Notes: a model not told the origin generated them from the letters alone. 36,020 nt of DNA from an uncultured Candidatus Saccharibacteria bacterium (GCA_964538815.1 CAZIHL010000004.1:3122-39141); one strand, 5' to 3'. Shown: positions 1 to 8,314, numbered from the stretch's first letter. Made by a program: numbers and translations.

Positions 1-771
1 AATTTAATAGCTCTTTTTGGTGGTTTATCTTTAGCTGCTTTTTTGTGGGGATTGGTCAGATTTATTTATGATAGAGCTCGCGGTAATGATAAAGAATTAG
101 CAAGAGACAAAAAAGGAATGATGTGGGGTTTGGGGGCGTTATTTGTATTTGTGACTGTTTGGGGAATTATAGAAATGGCACAAGGAATTTTAGGTATTAA
201 AGGAGATAATAGTATAAATCTTCCAAGGATTTGTACAAATGGATCTTGTGACACTGTAAAATCAGATACTCCAGCTCAAGGTGGAGTCACCGGGACATTT
301 AAGGATAAACCAAAAGTTACTATTGTAGTAGGAGATACTGAGAGTATTAATATACCTGCTGGAGAGGCTTGCACTGCTGGAGCTACAACACAGGGTTTTA
401 TATGTGATATAGGTTTGAGTTGTAGAGATAAAGTCACAGGCGGACCACTATCTTCAGGAGAAGGAATCTGTAAACCTATAGGTATTCAAAAAGGGGAAAG
501 ATGTCTGGCTAGTTTAGTATCAGAGCAAAATATGTGCGGTGAAGGACTATCATGTCAGGATGAAAATAGGATAGAATTAAGAGGTAATAAACAAGGAACA
601 TGTAAACTTGCTTCAGATGCTAATACATCATCAAACAATAAAAAAGCACCAGGCGCTACTTGCACAGTCCTTGCAGGAGGTAATAGTAATACTGAGTGTA
701 CAGAAGGATATTATTGTAAAAGCTCAACACAAGTAGCGGGGTCAAATGGTAAATGTACAATATTACCTTAA
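1..771 (+). CDS. 5'-partial membrane/surface protein with a VirB2/TrbC-pilin-like two-helix hairpin followed by three ~40-aa four-Cys repeats
   Basis: Frame 1 is open from base 1, so the TTG at 43 is probably not the true start. Hairpin LAAFLWGLVRFIYDRARGNDKELARDKKGMMWGLGALFVFVTVWGIIEMAQG is paralogous to those in the ORFs at 793, 2801 and 3556. C-terminal repeats follow GxxC-x(7-10)-C-x3-[LY]xC-x(10-15)-GxC. Confidence 0.6.
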   Translation, partial: NLIALFGGLSLAAFLWGLVRFIYDRARGNDKELARDKKGMMWGLGALFVFVTVWGIIEMAQGILGIKGDNSINLPRICTNGSCDTVKSDTPAQGGVTGTFKDKPKVTIVVGDTESINIPAGEACTAGATTQGFICDIGLSCRDKVTGGPLSSGEGICKPIGIQKGERCLASLVSEQNMCGEGLSCQDENRIELRGNKQGTCKLASDANTSSNNKKAPGATCTVLAGGNSNTECTEGYYCKSSTQVAGSNGKCTILP

Positions 772-792
772 TAATTTAAAATAAATAAAAAT

Positions 793-1800
793 ATGGAAAT
801 AAATAATTTCAAAAAAGTAATAAAATCAATTTCTATTTTTCTTTTTATTTTACTTTTAAATTTAAATTTATCTCTTGCTCAAGATAATGCAAAAGTTGCA
901 AGTCAAAATATTAAAGAAACAGCAGATAATATTACGAATAATATTTTAACTAGTGTAAGTACACTTTTAATGACTGCTGCTTTTGTAGTTTTCTTTTATG
1001 GTGTCGTTATGTTTATTTGGGGAAGAGCAACAGGAAAAGATGGTAATGACCTCAAAAAAGGTAAAGAGTTTATGATGTGGGGACTCATTGCTTTATTTGT
1101 GATGGTCTCTGTTTGGGGAATCATAAAACTTGCTCAAGGATTGCTAGATGTAGAGAGTAATGAAATTAAAATTCAGCCTGTGAAATTTGCAGCACTTGAT
1201 ACATCGAGTTATAGTCGACCAGATACTAATCCTTTAAAACAAAATAATGGAACATCGTCAGGCGATGGCTTTAAGGAATCAAATGTAGGCGTTAAAAAAC
1301 TCGGGGAAGAATGTGTAGGTTTAAAAGGAAAAACATCACAATGTGTAAATGGATTATTTTGTAGAAATGGAAATGGTGGTACAGTAGAAGAAGGTAGTCC
1401 TGGAACTTGTCAAGGGAATCCTACCACAGAAAAAACAACTAAAGGTAGAGATTATATTGTCCCTGGAGATATTTTAGCTCCAGCAACTGAAAATGAATTA
1501 TTTAATGCTTTAAAAAGGTACAATTGTGTACCGTCTAATTTGGGAAGTTTTGGTTATTCTTATGATGAAGGACTGGATTCTCAATATGTAGAAGAATTTC
1601 AAAGAGTAAATGGGTTAATTGCAGATGGTAAAATTGGAGATAATACTTGGGACAAATTAAAATCTATTATTGCTGCTCCAAAATCATGTCAAACCTGTAC
1701 AAATGCTAATGCTTGTGGATTAAATGCTAGCTGTATGACAAAGTCAGGAGTAATTCAGATGGCTAATATTGGAGTGACAGGAGTTTGTATAACTAAATAA
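793..1800 (+). CDS. Secreted/membrane protein: signal peptide, pilin-like two-helix hairpin, four-Cys module, PG_binding_1-like segment, terminal Cys-rich module
   Basis: N-terminal hydrophobic signal ends in SLAQ. Hairpin is FVVFFYGVVMFIWGRATGKDGNDLKKGKEFMMWGLIALFVMVSVWGIIKLAQG. GEECVGLKGKTSQCVNGLFCRN..GTCQG matches the repeats of ORF 1-771. YVEEFQRVNGLIADGKIGDNTWDKL resembles the peptidoglycan-binding domain 1 motif. Confidence 0.65.
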   Translation: MEINNFKKVIKSISIFLFILLLNLNLSLAQDNAKVASQNIKETADNITNNILTSVSTLLMTAAFVVFFYGVVMFIWGRATGKDGNDLKKGKEFMMWGLIALFVMVSVWGIIKLAQGLLDVESNEIKIQPVKFAALDTSSYSRPDTNPLKQNNGTSSGDGFKESNVGVKKLGEECVGLKGKTSQCVNGLFCRNGNGGTVEEGSPGTCQGNPTTEKTTKGRDYIVPGDILAPATENELFNALKRYNCVPSNLGSFGYSYDEGLDSQYVEEFQRVNGLIADGKIGDNTWDKLKSIIAAPKSCQTCTNANACGLNASCMTKSGVIQMANIGVTGVCITK

Positions 1801-1834
1801 TTAATTAATATACTGAATAAAGGGTATTTTCTAC

Positions 1835-1862
1835 TTGACAAAAACTTTTAATTGTGTATACT
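1835..1862 (+). promoter_or_regulatory. Sigma70-like promoter TTGACA-16 nt-TATACT
   Basis: TTGACA at 1835-1840 and TATACT at 1857-1862, upstream of the ORF at 1955. Confidence 0.5.
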
Positions 1863-1954
1863 ACATAAGATATCAACCCGTTCTTTGTATTGAGGTGAAT
1901 ACCTATTCGGAGGGCGGTTTTCTTATTTTTTAAAGCTTTAAAATATTTTATGAG

Positions 1955-2209
1955 ATGAGTAGTGATTTAAACAAAGACAACCTACAGCAAGTTAAGGGGA
2001 TGTTTACCACCGCTGTCATAGGTGTGCTTTTTATGACGGTGGTAGGTGGAGGTATTATTTACACCATCCTCCAAAAAGGAGGCAATATGTTGGCTACAGT
2101 AGTAGCTATACTTATTCTGGGAGTTCCTCTCTCAGGTATTGTCTACGTTAGTATTCTCAAATCTTCTAAACCTGCAAAGGAGGAAAAGAAGGAAGAGAAA
2201 AAGTCTTAA
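1955..2209 (+). CDS. Small two-TM membrane protein with a Lys/Glu-rich tail, hypothetical
   Basis: 84-aa ORF with two hydrophobic helices, downstream of a good promoter. No recognisable family. Confidence 0.5.
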   Translation: MSSDLNKDNLQQVKGMFTTAVIGVLFMTVVGGGIIYTILQKGGNMLATVVAILILGVPLSGIVYVSILKSSKPAKEEKKEEKKS

Positions 2210-2226
2210 CTTTAAAATTTTAAAAA

Positions 2227-2505
2227 GTGCCAGACAAAAAAAAGAATAACGAAATCACACCAAAAGAAGCTATAAAAGAGCTTTATGTTGGTGTAGGGTT
2301 TTTCTTATTTCTTTTAGCTATTTTTTTTCTTTCTATGTTCTCCGGAAGATTCCAGTTTGGAGGCATTAAAAATTTCTTTAATCATTTTCTCAATCATATT
2401 CCATGGAATGGAATATTCAGATTGGGGATTATGATTTTAGTCATTTGGTTTGTCTTTGCAGTACTTTTGAGTACTGAAGGAGACAAAACTAAAAAAAAGA
2501 AATAG
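2227..2505 (+). CDS. Small membrane protein, hypothetical (GTG start)
   Basis: 92-aa ORF with two hydrophobic segments and a lysine-rich tail. The start codon is uncertain. Confidence 0.4.
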   Translation: MPDKKKNNEITPKEAIKELYVGVGFFLFLLAIFFLSMFSGRFQFGGIKNFFNHFLNHIPWNGIFRLGIMILVIWFVFAVLLSTEGDKTKKKK

Positions 2506-2552
2506 GAAAGCTTTAGATAGCTGCTAATTCATACAAAATTATTTAAAATAAC

Positions 2553-2595
2553 ATATCGTCATATGACAAAAACACATGACGATATCAACGTTTTT
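2553..2595 (+). terminator. Hairpin with a 10-bp perfect stem (ATATCGTCAT / ATGACGATAT) and 13-nt loop, followed by CAACG-TTTTT
   Basis: Inverted repeat read directly at 2553-2562 and 2576-2585, with T5 at 2591-2595. It lies 48 nt after the stop of the ORF at 2227. Confidence 0.5.
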
Positions 2596-2734
2596 GATAT
2601 AAGATTGTGTCGAGTTGGCGGCTATTTTTATTTGTATTTTTGACTTTAATTGAAAATTATCTATCTTAGAGAGAGTTTAAAACCGACCTTTTGGGTCGAT
2701 TTTGTGTATAATTGTCTTGCCCTTTATTTTTTAA

Positions 2735-2743
2735 TGATATAAT
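2735..2743 (+). promoter_or_regulatory. Extended -10 element TGaTATAAT
   Basis: Exact TGnTATAAT, 58 nt upstream of the ATG at 2801. Confidence 0.45.
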
Positions 2744-2800
2744 TCTTTTATAGGTTATATTAGTCGATAATCTTAAATTTATTTTATTTATATAAAAATT

Positions 2801-3463
2801 ATGAAAAATTTTATTAAGAAAAATTTTGTTATCTTGGTAATAGTTTTTGCTTTCCTATTTTCATTTACAAGCACTTTCGCACAAAGTGGTCAGCTTTCTG
2901 GTTCAGTTTGTGTGGAATATGTAAAAGATGCAAATGGCAACAACACTAATCAATGTGCTAGATATGTTACTGGTTCTGTAGGGACTGGGGCAACTGGAGG
3001 GAATGGAGCAACTGGAGGGAATGGAGCGGTCTCTTGTCCGACTGGATATATATTAGTAAATGTAAACGGCCAACCAAGGTGTCAGGCAGCAAACACAGGA
3101 AATACTGGGCAAGTTGGTAGTAACCCTGCGTATGTTACAGGACAAAATCAAAGACAAATTGGCTCTCAACAAGTTGATCTTAGTTTGTTTGCTAGTTTAA
3201 TTCAACAATCAAGACAAATTGTTTCTTGGTTACCTCAGCTTTTATTAACATTGGCTGTTGTAGTATTTTTCTTTTATCTTATAAGATATGTTATTGCTGG
3301 TAAATCAGAGCCAAAAGATAAGCAAAAAGCATTAGGGGGTATGATGTATGCACTTATTGCTATATTTATTATGGTATGTTTATGGGGGATAATTGCATTC
3401 TTCGGTGATGCTATTGGTATAAATCCAAATGTTGAAGTTTATGCACCGTCAGTACCTAGATAA
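2801..3463 (+). CDS. Secreted/membrane protein: signal peptide, Gly/Cys-rich N-terminal domain, C-terminal pilin-like two-helix hairpin
   Basis: Signal peptide ends in TFAQS. It has four Cys and an ATGGNG repeat. The C-terminal LAVVVFFFYLIRYVIAGKSEPKDKQKALGGMMYALIAIFIMVCLWGIIAFFG is paralogous to the other hairpins. Confidence 0.6.
   Translation: MKNFIKKNFVILVIVFAFLFSFTSTFAQSGQLSGSVCVEYVKDANGNNTNQCARYVTGSVGTGATGGNGATGGNGAVSCPTGYILVNVNGQPRCQAANTGNTGQVGSNPAYVTGQNQRQIGSQQVDLSLFASLIQQSRQIVSWLPQLLLTLAVVVFFFYLIRYVIAGKSEPKDKQKALGGMMYALIAIFIMVCLWGIIAFFGDAIGINPNVEVYAPSVPR
2991..3026 (+). repeat. Perfect 2 x 18-nt tandem repeat (caactggagggaatggag) inside the CDS, encoding a duplicated TGGNGA hexapeptide (NTGGNGATGGNGA)
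   Basis: Read directly: 2991-3008 is identical to 3009-3026. Confidence 0.9.
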
Positions 3464-3491
3464 ATTAATTTAATAAAAAAGATTATCAAAT

Positions 3492-3519
3492 AAAAAATAC
3501 TATATTAATAGTATTTTTT
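3492..3519. terminator. Bidirectional rho-independent terminator (AAAAAATACTAT-atta-ATAGTATTTTTT)
   Basis: Perfect 12-bp stem flanked by A and T runs. Confidence 0.7.
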
Positions 3520-3525
3520 ATTTTG

Positions 3526-3534
3526 TGATATAAT
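3526..3534 (+). promoter_or_regulatory. Extended -10 element TGaTATAAT
   Basis: Exact TGnTATAAT, 22 nt upstream of the ATG at 3556. Confidence 0.5.
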
Positions 3535-3555
3535 TTTTTATAAATAATATTATAT

Positions 3556-3804
3556 ATGGAAATAATAGATAATACAGTAAATGTTTTACTTTCAGAAATC
3601 ATAAATCCGGCTATTTATTTACTTTCAGCTTTTGCTTTTACTTGGTTTTTATGGGGAGTTTTTATGTTTATTCTTAATAAAAAATCTTCAAATGAAGAGG
3701 GCGTTAAAAAAGGTAAAATTCATATGCTTTGGGGACTTATTGGACTTGTGATAATATATTCAGCGTCAGCAATTTACACATTTTTAACAAGTTTTTTTAA
3801 TTAA
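3556..3804 (+). CDS. Minimal pilin-like two-helix hairpin protein (82 aa)
   Basis: AFAFTWFLWGVFMFILNKKSSNEEGVKKGKIHMLWGLIGLVIIYS aligns with the hairpins of the three larger paralogs. No extra domain. Confidence 0.55.
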   Translation: MEIIDNTVNVLLSEIINPAIYLLSAFAFTWFLWGVFMFILNKKSSNEEGVKKGKIHMLWGLIGLVIIYSASAIYTFLTSFFN

Positions 3805-3806
3805 AT

Positions 3807-5228
3807 ATGAAAGAAAAAGAAGATAATTTAATGATAGAAATAGTTTCTTTTTTAAAAAGTAGAGGATTCGTATTTTCTTCTAGTGAAATATATGGAGGTT
3901 TTAATGGTGTTTATGATTATGGTCATTATGGATATTTACTTTTAAAAAATATAAAAGACGCTTGGATGAAAAGTATGATTCAAGAGAGAGATGATGTTTT
4001 AGCTCTGGACTCTGGGATATTTATGCATCCAATGACCTGGAAAGCTTCTGGGCATGTTGATACCTTTAATGATCCACAAGTAGATTGTAAAAATTGTAAA
4101 GCAAGGTTTCGTGCTGATCATATTCTTGAAGAATATAGAATAAATGCTGATAAAGCTTCATTAGAATTTATAAATTTAGAGCTTGATAAATTACGTGTTG
4201 AAAAAAAACTAGTCTGTCCAAATTGCGGTAAGGCAGAATTAACGGAAGCAAAAATTTTTTCTTTAATGGTTAAAAGCAATCTAGGATCACCAACAGATGC
4301 TTTTTCTTCGGAAAATGTTGTGTATTTACGTCCAGAAACTTGTGGAGGAATATATTTGGAATATAAGAATATAATTGATTCACTTCATCCAAAACTTCCT
4401 TTTGGTATAGCACAAATAGGTAAAGCTTTTAGAAACGAAATAGTGACAAAACAATTTGTATTTCGTACTCGTGAATTTGAACAAATGGAAATGCAATACT
4501 TTTTTAATCCAAAATCTGCCATAGGAGAGGCGACAGAAGAATATTTTAATGGGTGGAAAAGATATAGATGGGATTTTTATTTAAATTATGGAATAAAAGA
4601 AGAATCGCTAAAATTTTATAAGCATGAAAAGCTTGCACATTATGCTAGTGATGCATATGATATTGAATATAAATATAAGATGTTAGGAAACAGTTTTAAA
4701 GAACTTGAAGGTATTCATGCAAGAGGTGATTGGGATTTATCTCAACATTCGAAATTTTCAGGGAAAGATTTATCATATTTTGATGAAGCTACTCGTGAGA
4801 GATTTATCCCGCACATTGTAGAGACTTCTGTAGGAGTTGCTCGTATGATGCTTGCATTTATTGATAATGCTTATACAAAAGAAACAGTAAAAGATGGAGA
4901 AGAGAGAATTGTTTTAAAATTAGATAAAAGACTTTCACCGGTAAAAGTGGCAGTATTTCCATTATTTAAAAAAGAAGAATTATTAGAGCCATCTCGTAAA
5001 ATCTGGAAAGATCTTTCAAAAAAATATTTTACAGAATTTGATATTTCTGGAAGTATTGGGAAAAGATATAGAAGACAAGATGAAATAGGGACTCCATTTT
5101 GTATAACTTTTGACTACGATAGTCTGGAAGATGGTGCTATTACTGTTAGAGATAGAGATAGTATGAAACAAGAAAGAATAAAAATAGATAATATTGAAAA
5201 ATATTTAGAAGAAAAATTTAGATTTTAA
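3807..5228 (+). CDS. glyQS: Glycine--tRNA ligase (dimeric class II GlyRS)
   Basis: Typical GlyQS N-terminus (FVFSSSEIYGGFNGVYDYGHYG), class II motifs (FRNE, FEQMEMQYF) and a C-terminal anticodon-binding domain. Confidence 0.95.
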   Translation: MKEKEDNLMIEIVSFLKSRGFVFSSSEIYGGFNGVYDYGHYGYLLLKNIKDAWMKSMIQERDDVLALDSGIFMHPMTWKASGHVDTFNDPQVDCKNCKARFRADHILEEYRINADKASLEFINLELDKLRVEKKLVCPNCGKAELTEAKIFSLMVKSNLGSPTDAFSSENVVYLRPETCGGIYLEYKNIIDSLHPKLPFGIAQIGKAFRNEIVTKQFVFRTREFEQMEMQYFFNPKSAIGEATEEYFNGWKRYRWDFYLNYGIKEESLKFYKHEKLAHYASDAYDIEYKYKMLGNSFKELEGIHARGDWDLSQHSKFSGKDLSYFDEATRERFIPHIVETSVGVARMMLAFIDNAYTKETVKDGEERIVLKLDKRLSPVKVAVFPLFKKEELLEPSRKIWKDLSKKYFTEFDISGSIGKRYRRQDEIGTPFCITFDYDSLEDGAITVRDRDSMKQERIKIDNIEKYLEEKFRF

Positions 5229-5295
5229 AGAATTGTAATATTTGCAAAAAATAGGAAAATATAGTATATTTCATAAATCATTTATTAATAAATTT

Positions 5296-5451
5296 ATGTC
5301 TCAAGATAAATTAATCAAACTTGTAAATAAGGCAACTGGTACGACTTATATGACAAGAAAAAATAAGAAGTTAGTTACAAGAAAGATTGAACTAAAAAAA
5401 TTCGATAAAAAACTTCGTAAACATGTAATAATGAAAGAGTCAAAGAAGTAG
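5296..5451 (+). CDS. rpmG: 50S ribosomal protein L33
   Basis: MSQDKLIKLVNKATGTTYMTRKNKKLVTRKIELKKFDKKLRKHVIMKESKK matches the L33 pattern (Y.T.KNK...ELKK..P.LRKH). The internal ATG at 5296 is preferred over the track start at 5242. Confidence 0.85.
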   Translation: MSQDKLIKLVNKATGTTYMTRKNKKLVTRKIELKKFDKKLRKHVIMKESKK

Positions 5452-5479
5452 TTTTGTTTTATATAAAAATATTAAAAAT

Positions 5480-6097
5480 ATGTTGTCATTAAATTTTATA
5501 AAAAGAAATAAAGGTGAATCGAAAGAAGGAATGTTGAAGGCTGTATATTATGGTACAAAGCAAAAAGCGGAGTCTATTTTTATAGATACTATTGAATTTA
5601 TAAAACTATATAGACAAACTGGACAATCTTCAGTTATATCTTTAGAAGGTGAAGGAAAAAAATTACAGGCTATGGTACAAGATATATCATATGAACCAGT
5701 AAAATATGAACCAATACATGTTGATTTTTATATTGTAGAAAAAGGTGCCACAATTGATGCTAAGGTACCATTAGAGTTTGTTGGAATATCCGAAGGGGTC
5801 AAAACTTACGGAGGGATACTTGCAAAAGTTATGCATGATATTCATATTGAAGCTGACGCGACACATCTTCCACGCTCTATAGAGGTTGATTTATCTATTT
5901 TAAAAGATGAGAATTCTGTTATCTTAGTAAAAGATATTAAACTTCCAGCAGGTGTAAAATTATATCATGTAGATGAAGAGGAGGTGGTAGCTTCAACCTC
6001 TCCAGCTACAGAAGAAGATCTTTCGGCCCCAATAGATGCAGACCTATCAAACATTGAAGTGGCTGAAAAAGGTAAAAAAGAACAAACAGAAGAATAA
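5480..6097 (+). CDS. rplY: 50S ribosomal protein L25 / Ctc form
   Basis: L25 N-terminal beta-barrel pattern (GKLPAV-type region, IHVDFY) plus a Ctc-type C-terminal extension with an acidic tail. Confidence 0.8.
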   Translation: MLSLNFIKRNKGESKEGMLKAVYYGTKQKAESIFIDTIEFIKLYRQTGQSSVISLEGEGKKLQAMVQDISYEPVKYEPIHVDFYIVEKGATIDAKVPLEFVGISEGVKTYGGILAKVMHDIHIEADATHLPRSIEVDLSILKDENSVILVKDIKLPAGVKLYHVDEEEVVASTSPATEEDLSAPIDADLSNIEVAEKGKKEQTEE

Positions 6098-6105
6098 TAA
6101 TAAAT

Positions 6106-6134
6106 AAAAACTCTATAAATAAAATAGAGTTTTT
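6106..6134. terminator. Rho-independent terminator (AAAAACTCTAT-aaataaa-ATAGAGTTTTT)
   Basis: Perfect 11-bp stem including A/T runs, directly after rplY. Confidence 0.7.
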
Positions 6135-6172
6135 ATTTATTGTTAAGACAAATTCAGACTTAATTATTTGCA

Positions 6173-6181
6173 TGCTATAAT
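6173..6181 (+). promoter_or_regulatory. Extended -10 element TGcTATAAT, only 8 nt from the ATG at 6190
   Basis: Exact TGnTATAAT. The spacing implies a leaderless or near-leaderless mRNA. Confidence 0.5.
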
Positions 6182-6189
6182 TATTTTAT

Positions 6190-7542
6190 ATGAATTTAAG
6201 TAAAAACCATAAGAGATATATCTTATTATCCCTTTTTATTTTGATTTTGACTATTACTTTTAGTTTCCAAAATATAAAAAGCTCTTTTGCTGAAACAAAA
6301 GAAGAAGAAAGAGCTAGACTTCAAGCTGAACTTGCTGATCTTGAAAGACAAATAGCAGATCAACAAAAGGTCATAGCTACCACTCAAGCACAAGGTGCAA
6401 CATTATCTAGAGATATTTCTCTTTTACAAGCACAAATAAATAAAAAGCAATTAGAAATAAAAAAAATAGATGGAAATATTGCTGTTCTTTCAAATAAAAT
6501 AATAGACAAGAATATAGAATTAAATGATTTATCAAATACCTTAGATAAACAAAAAAAGGCATTATCTAATGCACTTAGAAATATGTATATATTTGACGGG
6601 ACAAATAATTTTATAAATTTACTTTTAGATAAAAAAACAATATCAGAATTTTTTGAAGATGCAGATAAAATAATAGCTTTTCAATCAGCTATTAGTGAAG
6701 ACGTGAATAAAATTAGAATTACTACGAATGAAGTAAATATGGCAAAAGCTAATCTTGAAGATAATAAAGATTCACAGATCGCTTTAAAAAATGCACAAAA
6801 AGTAGCTCAAGCAAAGATTGACGCTACGAAATCAGAAAAAAATACTCTTCTAAAAGAAACTAAAGGTCAAGAAGCTCTATATAAAAAAGAACTTGTAAAA
6901 AAACAAGCTAAAGCTGCTGAGATTCGTGCCGCGCTTTTTAGTTTTGCTGGTGGAGAGACAAAAGCAATTCCTTTTGGAGATGCTTTAAATTATGCTGAAC
7001 AAGCAGAAGCTAAAACAGGTGTACCAGCAGCACTTGTGCTTGCTATTCTTACACAAGAATCAGCACTTGGTGCAAATGTTGGGAAATGTTATTTATCTGA
7101 TCTTGAAAGTGGGGCTGGGTATAATATTAATACAAAAGTAAAATATGATAATGTTATGAAGCCTACAAGAGATTTGGAACCTTTTATTTCTATTACAAAA
7201 AAATTAGGATTGGATCCACTTTCTACAGTAGTATCTTGCCCAATACCGTCAGCTGGAGGATATGGAGGAGCTATGGGTCCAGCTCAATTTATCGCATCAA
7301 CATGGATGAGTGTGGAGTCTGGGGCTGGAGTATATAATCCTTGGAATGCAAAAGATGCAATAATGGCTTCATCATATTATCTCGCACAAATAGGAGCTGC
7401 AAGTAGTTATGCTTCGCAAGTAAAGGCAGCTTGTAGATATTATGGTACAGGAGGAAGTACTTGTTCATATGGCACTCAAGTAATGAGTAGAGTAGCCGGA
7501 ATTCAAGATAAAATTGACTATTTAAAACAATATGGTGAATAA
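6190..7542 (+). CDS. Secreted coiled-coil protein with a C-terminal lytic transglycosylase (SLT_2/MltB-like) domain
   Basis: N-terminal TM/signal and a ~230-aa heptad-rich region. C-terminal motifs are LAILTQESALG (catalytic Glu-Ser), GGAMGPAQFIASTW and NPWNAKDAIMASSYYLAQ. Confidence 0.7.
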   Translation: MNLSKNHKRYILLSLFILILTITFSFQNIKSSFAETKEEERARLQAELADLERQIADQQKVIATTQAQGATLSRDISLLQAQINKKQLEIKKIDGNIAVLSNKIIDKNIELNDLSNTLDKQKKALSNALRNMYIFDGTNNFINLLLDKKTISEFFEDADKIIAFQSAISEDVNKIRITTNEVNMAKANLEDNKDSQIALKNAQKVAQAKIDATKSEKNTLLKETKGQEALYKKELVKKQAKAAEIRAALFSFAGGETKAIPFGDALNYAEQAEAKTGVPAALVLAILTQESALGANVGKCYLSDLESGAGYNINTKVKYDNVMKPTRDLEPFISITKKLGLDPLSTVVSCPIPSAGGYGGAMGPAQFIASTWMSVESGAGVYNPWNAKDAIMASSYYLAQIGAASSYASQVKAACRYYGTGGSTCSYGTQVMSRVAGIQDKIDYLKQYGE

Positions 7543-7560
7543 ATTTAAAGACATATAATC

Positions 7561-7589
7561 TTGCTAAAATTTAAAAAATTTGGTAAGAT
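7561..7589 (+). promoter_or_regulatory. Promoter TTGCTA-17 nt-TAAGAT with TGg extension
   Basis: TTGCTA at 7561-7566 and TGgTAAGAT at 7581-7589, 40 nt upstream of rpsB. Confidence 0.5.
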
Positions 7590-7628
7590 AAGAGAACTTT
7601 TAAATAAATATTATAAATTTAACAATAT

Positions 7629-8303
7629 ATGGCAGATATAGAAAATATAAAAATAGAAGATTTAGCTAAAGCTGGAGTTGGTTATGGATATCAAAAAACT
7701 CGCCGTCATCCTTCTACAAAAAAATCAATTTATATCACTCAAAATGGCGTAGATATTATTGACTTAAATAAGACAAAAGAACAGTTAATAGAAGCTACCA
7801 CTTTTTTAAAGTCTTTAAGAGAACAAAAGAAAAGAGTTATTTTTATTGGAGAGAAACCAGAAATAGCACAATCAATAAAAGAAATAGCGTTAGGTTTAGA
7901 TGAAGCATATATTGTTAATAGATTTATTGGTGGTTCTATAACTAATTTTCCTCAAATTAAAAAAAGAATTGAAAAATTACACACAATGTTGGACCAAAAA
8001 GAAAAAGGAGAATGGGCAAAGTTTACAAAAAAAGAACAGCTTTTAATGCAAAGAGAATTAGAAAAACTTGATAAGAATTTTGGTGGCCTTTCCTCACTTA
8101 CAAATCTTCCAGGAGCAATTATAGTTGTGGATTCGAAATATGAAGAAATCCCTGTAAGAGAAGCTGGTATTGCGCATATTCCAGTTATATCTTTATCAAA
8201 TACAGATTGTGATATTTCTACTATTGAGTATCCAATTATCTGCAATGATTCATCAAAATCATCAGTAGAGACTATCTTAAACATTATTAAAAATAATATT
8301 TAA
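7629..8303 (+). CDS. rpsB: 30S ribosomal protein S2
   Basis: S2 signature region (AGVGYGYQKTRRHP) and the conserved rpsB-tsf gene order. Confidence 0.9.
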   Translation: MADIENIKIEDLAKAGVGYGYQKTRRHPSTKKSIYITQNGVDIIDLNKTKEQLIEATTFLKSLREQKKRVIFIGEKPEIAQSIKEIALGLDEAYIVNRFIGGSITNFPQIKKRIEKLHTMLDQKEKGEWAKFTKKEQLLMQRELEKLDKNFGGLSSLTNLPGAIIVVDSKYEEIPVREAGIAHIPVISLSNTDCDISTIEYPIICNDSSKSSVETILNIIKNNI

Positions 8304-8314
8304 TAAAATAATTT

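Noticed and set aside
5242-5451. The 69-aa version of the L33 ORF, starting at 5242.
   Set aside because: L33 homology begins at the internal ATG at 5296. The extra 18 N-terminal residues (MQKIGKYSIFHKSFINKF) are not L33-like.
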